From contig NW_014577068.1 of assembly GCF_000485595.1 (NCBI RefSeq), positions 338,379 to 402,378 on the forward strand: a stretch of DNA of 64,000 nt. Reading direction: 5' to 3'. A model generated the notes under the pieces. That model was not told the DNA's origin, did no database searches, and worked only from the letters and a program-made list of their open reading frames with translations. Positions within the stretch are counted from its first letter, which is position 1. Every line of letters starts with the position of its first letter. Below, one piece after another: positions 12,701 through 20,184 of the stretch. A program made the translations under genes and the position numbers. The DNA is from Priapulus caudatus (Eukaryota).

Positions 12701-13313
12701 GAAATTAAAAACTGCCGCGCATCTTAAGAAATCGAAGACCGTGCCCGGCAGCCGTCAGATATAATGGCCGGCTGCCGCATAATAGGCACTCTGATAAATA
12801 TATATGTCAGAATTTCAAGTTGTTCCTAATTTTTATCCCAGGCAATGCCAGGGAACCTAACTATTGCTCATAGTCATAGGGTCTATGTCCTGCGCCAGGG
12901 ACGCCTACTGCCAGAAGCGTAACTGGTACGGTCCTGTATACCGGAACGTACCCTGGTAACTATTTGATATGGTTAGGGTTAGGGTTAGGGTTAGGGTTAA
13001 TTTAGGGTTAGGGTTAGGGTTAGGGTACGTTAGGGTATAGGGTATAGCCTAGGGTTAGGGTTAGGGAGTAGGCGTAGGCGACTCCCTAGACTCGATCAGT
13101 GGTACGGTCCGGCATATTAGATAGTACCAGGGTATAGAAAATCTAGCTGTGAACCCTAAATAGTAATAGTAGTATTAGTACTAATACTAATACTAATACT
13201 AATACTAATACTAATAGTATATAGATTTACGGGGTCTCAAACCGGCAAGAATGGCAAGATTGAGCATATTTAAACGGAACCATTTATTTTACCTGATCTT
13301 CGTTATAAGACAT
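500..13313 (-). CDS. AK9: Adenylate kinase 9-like gene, 5' part (20 coding exons, ~931 codons; continues beyond left edge)
   Basis: GT-AG exons with consistent phases: 13293-13313, 10217-10337, 9946-10095, 9503-9615, 9171-9278, 8610-8678, 8092-8217, 7231-7305, 6565-6803, 5927-6107, 5520-5658, 5003-5198, 4442-4608, 3538-3705, 3134-3249, 2453-2671, 1945-2132, 1205-1381, 807-904, 500-621. Spliced product MSYNEDQVELEFLKSKPACFVVWGKPCVGKTTLA... has three P-loops (GKPCVGKT, GPPLSGKS, GPRGAGKT), GFILDGWP/GFILEDFPRT motifs and CPVAL...YHS-like modules, matching AK9 as I recall it. Confidence 0.93.
807..904 (-). CDS. AK9: AK9 exon
   Basis: SHGFILEDFPRTPEDTHFLASSGFFPDAAILL; gtatag/gtaagt. Confidence 0.92.
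1205..1381 (-). CDS. AK9: AK9 exon
   Basis: EDGKEDVEAAEDEEQ...LWQKEPY; ttttag/gtaaga. Confidence 0.88.
1945..2132 (-). CDS. AK9: AK9 exon, third P-loop
   Basis: PPPLRLFMLGPRGAGKTTIGRLLAQKLGVFHIKFREKLQE; ttctag/gtaaat. Confidence 0.92.
2453..2671 (-). CDS. AK9: AK9 exon (YHS-like module)
   Basis: LGDTNRYCPVALTEKNVLYPGNPELSAKFREKTYFFSTEDAKGKFLLSP; ttgcag/gtaact. Confidence 0.92.
3134..3249 (-). CDS. AK9: AK9 exon
   Basis: RFKYQAWEYSPLDQEEDDEDIG...; caatag/gtatgc. Confidence 0.86.
3538..3705 (-). CDS. AK9: AK9 exon
   Basis: EGTETENFKMRAQEEQAKLE...EVISKIEG; caccag/gtactc (acceptor less certain). Confidence 0.75.
4442..4608 (-). CDS. AK9: AK9 exon
   Basis: QGGFILDGWPSSHDQWVVMVDRGML...; ttccag acceptor, donor G|gtacaa (donor less certain). 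Confidence 0.82.
5003..5198 (-). CDS. AK9: AK9 exon
   Basis: ADDKTGGSSTVDETHPDVAAAMEAAAAEASKQE...; ttgtag/gtacag. Confidence 0.85.
5520..5658 (-). CDS. AK9: AK9 exon
   Basis: VICAKEHESQYLEEKKIEIINQAKRH...; tttacag/gtaaca. Confidence 0.85.
5927..6107 (-). CDS. AK9: AK9 exon, second P-loop
   Basis: FLDKMYMLSSKEAVERFTENPRYYLLPPNPRIPCKICVLGPPLSGKSTLCEKLAQHYDAV. Confidence 0.92.
6565..6803 (-). CDS. AK9: AK9 exon
   Basis: NMLERL...WRWRRSKWQNLCPVALYEGNMVEGRPQFAV; ttttag/gtgtgc. Confidence 0.92.
7231..7305 (-). CDS. AK9: AK9 exon
   Basis: NYIEKHDQQYVIELDANHAVDDVYM; tatag/gtatgg. Confidence 0.88.
7311..7550. repeat. Tandem repeat of ACAGTAA/ATAAGTAA units
   Basis: Directly visible; abuts the AK9 splice acceptor at 7306. 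Confidence 0.9.
7624..7910. mobile_element. Foldback MITE with ~100-bp inverted arms
   Basis: TATTGTAATGTTTTCCCCTTTCTTTACTTTATCATT... is the reverse complement of ...AATGATAAAGTAAAGAAAGGGGAAAACGTTACAATA. Confidence 0.75.
8092..8217 (-). CDS. AK9: AK9 exon
   Basis: VLDETIVSPDVVRRLVKRPED...LIQLE; tacag/gtaggt. Confidence 0.88.
8352..8393. mobile_element. 42-bp minimal derivative of the 14761-15677 element
   Basis: TA|TCAGGAGTTAATATTGACAAATTTGTCATTATTAACTCCTGA|TA. Confidence 0.75.
8610..8678 (-). CDS. AK9: AK9 exon (acidic linker)
   Basis: KIETEKEDEEEAMEENVELEVVE; tttcag/gtgaaa. Confidence 0.8.
9171..9278 (-). CDS. AK9: AK9 exon
   Basis: IPDRDLEKRRSDQRVDFLTNNLYTRSMYLPDVIKTE; gatag/gtaagg. 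Confidence 0.88.
9503..9615 (-). CDS. AK9: AK9 exon
   Basis: YTLDSFPVVG...LKPDVIINLR; tatag/gtatgg. Confidence 0.9.
9946..10095 (-). CDS. AK9: AK9 exon
   Basis: TELLEEAIKKSTDKGKELKKLLTSG...EKIKSPEVRHYG; tatag/gtacgt. Confidence 0.9.
10217..10337 (-). CDS. AK9: AK9 exon, first P-loop
   Basis: tttcag|VELEFLKSKPACFVVWGKPCVGKTTLATWLCKDWNCILIN|gtaagc. Confidence 0.92.
10660..11910. mobile_element. TIR element with GGACTTTTCGGCC subterminal repeats
   Basis: Left GGACTTTTCGGCC x3-4 and TTTTCAACAGATAG; right inverted CTATCTGTTGAAAA and GGCCGAAAAGTC repeats. Confidence 0.65.
10880..11765 (-). mobile_element. Helentron/HINE-like element (same family as 16470-17040)
   Basis: Ends AGCTGCATCTGACTATGTCAGATGAGCTAAAAA (hairpin + T-run); body is the reverse complement of 16470-17040; contains a G-rich tract. 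Confidence 0.65.
12029..12364. mobile_element. MITE with degenerate TTAGGG core
   Basis: TIR AGTGTCTATGTCCCC / GGGGACACATAGACACT; subterminal GGAACGTACCCTGG repeats; central TTAGG(G). Confidence 0.6.
12595..12789. mobile_element. Small TIR element (family shared with 19380-20184)
   Basis: GTGGCTATATCCCGGCA terminus; shares AAAAACTGCCG..CAT..AGAAATCGAAGACCGTGCCCGGCAGCCGTC. Confidence 0.6.
12878..13135. mobile_element. MITE copy with well-preserved (TTAGGG)n core
   Basis: GTCTATGTCC..., GGAACGTACCCTGGTAA, then about 100 bp of TTAGGG-type repeats (12971-13066). Confidence 0.65.
13160..13220. repeat. (TACTAA)n microsatellite
   Basis: Directly visible. Confidence 0.85.
13293..13313 (-). CDS. 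AK9: AK9 coding exon 1 (MSYNEDQ)
   Basis: ATG...CAG|GTAAAA, phase 0, joins in frame to the next exon. Confidence 0.7.
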
Positions 13314-13661
13314 TCTTAATTAATCCAGAGATGACTAGCAATGGCAATGATGATGGCATCACCGACACGACAGGCGACACCGTCACGGTGTCACCCAACA
13401 CGAATAAAACTACCGTATAGCGTTAGCCTAAAAAGCGCTAGCCGTAGCCGTAGCCGTAAAAAACGTTAGCCTAGCCCTACTACGGCAAGTCTTATATTCA
13501 CAATCACAGTCGTATGCGGCTCATAGTACACGACAAGTTATTCTTAGCGTAAGTCAAATTAGAAACACACACACACAATTTGTGTGACACAAATATCAAA
13601 CACCACGGCAATAACACTTTACACTACAGTTTACGAGTTTCTATTTGGCCGCCAAGACGTG

Positions 13662-13675
13662 GAAACCATAGCAAC
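13662..13675 (-). promoter_or_regulatory. Candidate RFX X-box upstream of AK9
   Basis: GTTGCTATGGTTTC on the minus strand, ~350 bp upstream of the AK9 ATG; good 5' half-site, imperfect second half. Confidence 0.4.
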
Positions 13676-14518
13676 CACCTCGGAAGCGCGCGGGGTTACG
13701 AGGCTCTGGATTTCCGCAGAGGGGTGGTTCCACTTCCACGTTCGGCGAACGGGACGCGGATGCATAAAATACATAAGTTTCATCGTCCAAAGAAATTTGT
13801 GTAGAAAATAAAGATTTCCGACTGTCATATTTTGCCTACGCATATATATTATGATTTTATAGAAAAACACCAAGTATCGACTGTCTATCGTGATTCGTAT
13901 TCGCGCCGCGGGCGCCGCGGTTATCTCCCCCTCGCTGTACGGGGTGCGTACCGGCTTCTGTGCAGCCCCTGATAATAATATTAATAATAATACTATTACT
14001 AAGCAGTATATCAAAAAATTACGAAGGGCTACTAAGGGCTAATAGAATAAGTATCATAGATATCATATAACACAGATATCAGATAACATATTAGGTGTTA
14101 TATGAGGTATAAGCTTTTGGTAATCTATCGCCTTCCTTGATTTTAACTCATTTAACGTCAGCTAGGTGGCGCTGCGCGCAGCCACCAGCCAGCAATGATC
14201 ATCGTGATTCGATAGCAAAAATTTGTTATTCTATTGTGACTTCTGTTGGTAAGTGAAAGTATGCTTGTGTTCTTATTTGAAATAGTATTTAGGTATTATA
14301 CGTATTGGAACTAGTCCGGTATTATGACTGTTGGTAATAACACTGTCAAGTAGTAATGATGCTAATACTCAACTTGGCGACTTGTTGCCGTTGCCGTTGG
14401 CGTTGTTCGGCAAAATTTTGTGACGTCGCGGTGCCTCCACTCCACCGGGCTCTGTTATTGTTATTATGAAATATTTATTGCATATAATAAAAAAAACAAG
14501 TGTATTTACTAAGAACAG

Positions 14519-14528
14519 NNNNNNNNNN
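14519..14528. other. Assembly gap (10 N)
   Basis: Run of n. Confidence 0.99.
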
Positions 14529-14760
14529 CAATAATGGTAAATTGTGCTAATTAAGCTCGTGCAAGATTACGAGTTACAGCAATACGCTAGGAAATATATG
14601 AAATGAATATCAGTACCACGAAGGTGAGTGATTAGTGGTCATAATAAGCTGAGGAACAGATACACTTGCTTCTTTATTGGTGGCAAATTTTGATGAAAAA
14701 AATTGGTTAAAAATGCGGGAATCGGGTGTGTTACTCTTGTGTTATTATCTACTCTTGATA

Positions 14761-15677
14761 TCAGGAGTTAATAATGACAAAGGAGTAAGACACCTCTTTG
14801 GTACTGATTTCACTACATTTTTGTCGTACGAGTTCGATGTGAATAAAAATACAAATGTATACAAACATGAGCTTCTATTGTTCACTGGTCGTTATTCTAT
14901 CTTCCGGTAGTATTACAAACCGCGTAGCTTCTTTCGTTTTGACATAAATCGTACTTTTCCACGACATGGTTTTCACGTCATTTACTGTTGCGTGGCGATG
15001 GCAAGCGGTAAATTCGCACACACAGGCTGACACAGCTACTTGAAGGAGGCACAGCAGGGATCGCCTCAGGCAGCGCCAGCGGCAACTGTACGCGGCCTAG
15101 AGCTAACGGTTGCTATGCAAAACACATGTGCGAAAAGCTACAATCGGCTGGAGCGTCAGTTTACTCATAACGATTCATACACATCATTCCTCCGCGGGTG
15201 AAGTAGTTCAGATATTTTACCAGCGCAGCGTTTATTTAAAAAAAACTGCGGGATTCAACCATAAAAACAAGGCATTTTATAACTATAGTTTAAATGTAAA
15301 ATAGTTTTAATTTTTAAACCCAGCATAGGTGCAACGTAACTTAATTTCTAGGCGAATTTTCTGCACTCGACTAGGCTACGGCCGAAAAGCCCTGGCGCGC
15401 CTCGATGCAGCTCTGTGTGTGCGAATTTACAGCTTGGCATCGCCACGCAACCGTAAATGACGTGAAAACCATGTCGTGGAAAAGTACGATTTATGTCAAA
15501 ACGAAGGAAGCTACGCGGTTGGTAATACTACCGGAAGATAGAATATGGACCAATGAACAAAAGAAGCTCATGTTTGTATACATTTGTATTTTTATTCACA
15601 TCGAACTCGTACGACAAAAATGTAGTGAAATCAGTACCAAAGAGGTGTCTTACTCCTTTGTCATTATTAACTCCTGA
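14761..15677. mobile_element. TA-flanked foldback MITE with ~270-bp near-perfect inverted arms
   Basis: TA|TCAGGAGTTAATAATGACAAAGGAGTAAGACACCTCTTTGG... versus ...CCAAAGAGGTGTCTTACTCCTTTGTCATTATTAACTCCTGA|TA; arms ~14761-15026 and ~15410-15677. Confidence 0.85.
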
Positions 15678-16469
15678 TACATATATGTATGTTCATACAG
15701 ACATTGTCTAATGCAGTGATGTGTTTGTGTTTCAGGTGTGTTATGATGTAGAGTTCTGTTATTCATCGAACCATAATTGTGATATATGAGGTATGGGATC
15801 AAGCTGGACTTCCTACATGCTGCTACATTAGACAAGGACTGTGACTGCTTTATAGAAGAAAACAAGGTATGTGATGTTGGCTACCAAACAAAGAGTTGAA
15901 GAACATTTTTACAATGATCTTCCATTGTGGGTGTTCCCAAGTTGTTTTGCCTTGACTGACATAGTGGGGCAGAGCTTGTAGCATTACAATGGTATCCACC
16001 AATGGACCTATGTATCTGTGAGCATATACTTCAGCAACAGTAACAGAAATAATAACCATAATTTCCTTTCAGTATTTGTACTTCCTGTGTTGGGGACTCT
16101 AGACTTAAACTGTACCACTATCTAGGGCTGAAATTATTGCCTATTTCATGATACAATATGTGCAATAGTTCAAGGAAATAGAATAAGAATTTACAAGCCA
16201 CGTAGTGATTGGACATTGAACATTTTCAAATCTGCATGCTCCATTTATCACATGAAAACAAGCACAGTGCATCCAACTGACATTTTCACAACCTGACAAA
16301 GGTATCGAGTGGATTAACTTAGTTACGGTCAGACTCTGGCATATTGTGACATATCGATACTCATATGACGCTATAGTATGAATTGTATTATAGACATCCT
16401 ATGGCAATTAGTCACAGTTAATCGTATGGTGCACCACTACCACTATGGCAGCTGTAACAGTGTCGTTAC

Positions 16470-17040
16470 TTTTTAGCTCGGCTGATGAAGTCAGATGCAG
16501 CTTGTAGAATCGCATGATTGTCCGTCCGTGCGTCCATCCGTCAACAGTTGGGCACAAATCTTAACCGCTCGACGTACAGTCTTGATATTCGGGACGTCGG
16601 GGGGGATCGCGAAAAGGACTTGGGATGTCGAATTTGGGGGTCAAGGGTCAAAGGTCAAGATGTGTCAATGGAGGGGGAATATTTCCACCTTAACTTAAGG
16701 TATAGGAGGAAATACAGAATTGCGGCACAAATCTCAACGGCTCGACCTACACTCTTAATATAACGGTCTAACGGACCGAGTGCAAAACTTTTTTGTTTTA
16801 GCGCTGACCTACCGTTTTTATCACTTTATTGAAAGGACCATGAAATCTACTTTCCGCTGACGTGCGAAGAGTAAGTGTCTGATAACCTTTTGACCCTTAA
16901 GAGGAGGGTTAAACATGGATTTGTTGACTGTTAACAAAGGACTGAACTGCTTTTGCTATTAGAGCCCCCTCCACCTGCCCCTCCCCCCGCCCTCCCCCTT
17001 ACCCTCCCCCACCACCACCACTACGCTCGCGCTCGACACA
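16470..17040 (+). mobile_element. Helentron/HINE-like element
   Basis: TTTTTAGCTC...GTCAGATGCAGCT hairpin, then (GTCC)-like repeats; homologous to 10880-11765. Confidence 0.65.
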
Positions 17041-19379
17041 TAACCATGATAACATGTTAAAAGATAGCGAAGTCATTAAAGTTACACAGCTGTATCTTTA
17101 TTACTGTACTACCAGTAGGTATAGCAAAGCCTATCAGTATCATAGATTTTAGATCTGTATTAGTAGTATCCTAGATATATGTTCTGAGCGCGAACGCGGT
17201 GGCAGGAGGGCGCACTTGATTCAATTGCCAGTGAGTTTATCAGAAGAATACCTGGCTACAGTACACGTCAGTTGAGCGCTGTCGCTCTGCGGCACTTGTT
17301 TAATCAAGTACATTTGGTTGCCTATAAGTAGTGCAAATAACAGTAGTAGGGGGAGCAAAGGAAGCTCCAGCATGAATAACATCAGTATAGCAGCAGAGTA
17401 GCAGCTGTTAGATAAATGCTGTCACTTTGTGTTACTGGTTTAATTTTTCTGCATATTTCTTTAAAGCATCTGCTGAAAAGCTAGTTATCTTACAAGTTAG
17501 TACTGTAGCTTACAGTTAGTATATATCAAAGATCATAAAATACATATATAGATCTTAATCCACATATAGAGGGGGTTTAGTGACTACTTTAACCATTTTA
17601 TCTACTGATATGTCAACGAGTCTTATTGTTTTGGGTGTGAATTAATTAGTGGAAGTAGTTAAATAACGTATACAACCAATGCTGCAATGACACAGGTTCG
17701 AGTGGAGAACTCCGAGTGTGCGTATGCGCGTGCAAGCGTGAGTGCGTGCGTATGTTTCTATAAAGTATGTATAAAACTATAAAACTCTAGACTTTGTGTC
17801 ACCGAGACAGAATTATGCATCTCAGACTCACATTATTGGCACATCTTGAAAACGATGAAAAGCACGAATATTTGTTCGAGAATAAATGTCAATGAATTCG
17901 TCTATGAGCAGTGGGATTGGAATGTTGCATTGCCAAATGATTTGGTCATTTTTACTTCCTTCTCGCGTTTGTGATGGGAATTCTGTATAATGATGCAGGG
18001 TTTCAACTATACGTGTTCCTAAGTGCATGGCTTGTGGATGTTTTATTATTTTCCGAACTCGTCCGATTTAAAATAGTTGAGAATTAGTTTTAACAAGTTC
18101 TTTCTATACGTCACGTTGGCATATTTCTACAACCTTATACTATAGTCGTCTCGATTCACGTAGTAAGTCATGCGTGAAATTACTACCGGCAACTTGTCAC
18201 GGCGAGTACGCGCCGTATTGCTTTCCAGCGAGCGTAGATTCACCTGTTGGAGTTCTTGCACCGGCGGGCAAATAAAGCCGAGGTTTATACTTCCACTGTC
18301 TAAGGTCGTGTGTTGTCAGACATTGTCCTAGATGCAGTCACGTGTGACTACGTGCTGCCGGTGCGTGTCCGTGTGCGGCTGAGCGAGAGCCGAGAGCCGA
18401 CCGTGTGAGCTTTTTGCACTGCTTTCTCAGAGCAGCGTTCGCTTGCGTCACATGCCGACGTTACCGATGTTATAGTGAAACTTTGTTGCTTGTGCAGACG
18501 CGTCAGCGGCGCCCGCGACGCGTTACTATAGTGAAGGGAATGGCATAATAACGTCGCCGTCTTTGTATATAACGTGGTTCGGCAACTATATATCTCGTGT
18601 GAGTGTGTAATCGCACGTATGGTTATGTCCGTTTCTCGTGGTTTTTGGATACGTGGCGGTGAGAAGGGGGAAATGGAGCAATCGTAAATTATGAGTATAT
18701 AATCGCACATCCGAGCTCAGCTTTGCAACAGGTATTGAAAGTGTTTGTTTTTATGCCGACGCTGAATGTATTTTGAGGTAAGCCGAATCTATAAGCGCGT
18801 CTGCGTGTGATATGCGACTTAATTACAACATATCTCTGTGTCGCAGTACTACATACTCATAATCGTTACGATCAACCTAATTGTGTGACCCGGCCGTAGT
18901 CTAACCCGTGCTGAACTTTATTTCTAGTTTGTACTTCTATTATGCCCGTTTATCTGAACAGATGATCCAATTATTTTTTAAAGTGAATGTATATAAACAA
19001 CATCGTAATTCATATTTGTTTTGGGGGTAGGCGTGTATTTGCTCACTCAAATGTATAAATCAGCTTGTCCCTAACCCCAAGTTATTCAGAGAAGTTGAGT
19101 GCATCGTAGGTAGGCATTTTCCGAACAACTAATACCAACTACCAAATGTTGCTACTTGTATTTATGATATTAGACATTTATATGCTGTTCTGGCCGGTCA
19201 TATAAGTGCTCTACAGTTCTGTAGAATCATAATAGTAGTATGGGCAGCACACCAAGGTTTATGGCCTGCAGTAGGTTTGCATACTCGTAGCCTTTGGGCA
19301 TAAGCTGCGTTGCTATATAACTCACGGTTATTGGAATGCAATTTGGCTAAAAGTGTGTTAGCACTATATTAAGAACGCT

Positions 19380-20184
19380 GTGGCTATCAGCCGGGACCCT
19401 AACCCTCCTGTTTACTTGAGAAATCACCGAAAATTAAACCCGCAATATGCGCATCCAAACGTTAATTTCTCCAGTACTAGACTAGCAAATACTTCGTGTC
19501 ATGCATAATCATACTACCTTATGACAAAATAAACTCTAGTTCCTCCCATTTCACTGCGCGTTGTCTTCTAAAAGGGATTTGAAAATACTTCCAATGTTGT
19601 TCAAATTCTCCGATGTTGTTGACACGTTCGCGTTGCTCTGCCAAGTAACCGTACAGCGGGTGCAACCTGTAGCAACATGTGATGTCACCTAACCGATTCT
19701 GGGCTAAATTGTTTAGCAAACAATTCGGCGTTGGCGCCAGATTTCCAGATTTCGCACCTCTTTCTTGTGGGTTTTAAGCAAACGCGCAGTGAAATGGGAG
19801 GAACTAGAGTTTATTTTGTCATAAGGTAGTGTGATTATGCATGACACGAAGTATTTGCTAGTCTAGTACTGGAGAAACTAGCGTTTGGATGCGCATATAT
19901 ATTGCGGCTTTAAAAACTGCCGGGCATTTAGGAAATCGAAGACCGTGCCCGGCAGCCGTCGGATATTTTCTAAGTGTCGATTGCGAGTTCGTTCGCTCAG
20001 TGATCCGAAGCTAGGCGAATTGGGCTAGTTCGAATATACAGCTCTAACGAAAATCGCTTGACATCTAAACAAATGTAGAATACTTTGGATCACGTAGTAC
20101 ACTGTTTACTTAAGAAATGGCCGAAAATTAAAAACTGCCGGGCATTTAGGAAATCGAAGACCGTGCTGCCGGGCATATAGCCAC
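19380..20184. mobile_element. TIR element (GTGGCTAT...ATAGCCAC) hosting a Kolobok-like insertion
   Basis: Termini and internal blocks shared with 12595-12789. Confidence 0.6.
19438..19909. mobile_element. Kolobok-like non-autonomous element, TTAA TSD, ~125-bp TIRs
   Basis: TTAA|ACCCGCAATATGCGCATCCAAACG... / ...CGTTTGGATGCGCATATATATTGCGGCT|TTAA; paralogous host copies show the empty site GAAATTAAAAACTGCCG. Confidence 0.8.

Larger units (their letters stand above)
10497..12865 (+). mobile_element. Non-autonomous Helitron-like element carrying nested insertions
   Basis: Starts ATCTATACTAATATTTCC...TGTTCGTCTGTTTGTC; ends CCCAGGCAATGCCAGGG hairpin followed by AACCTAACTA. Confidence 0.5.

Noticed and set aside
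15850..16059. WW-domain-like peptide HYVSQGKTTWEHPQW
   Set aside because: Only a half motif, lacking the first Trp; no neighbouring exons support a gene.
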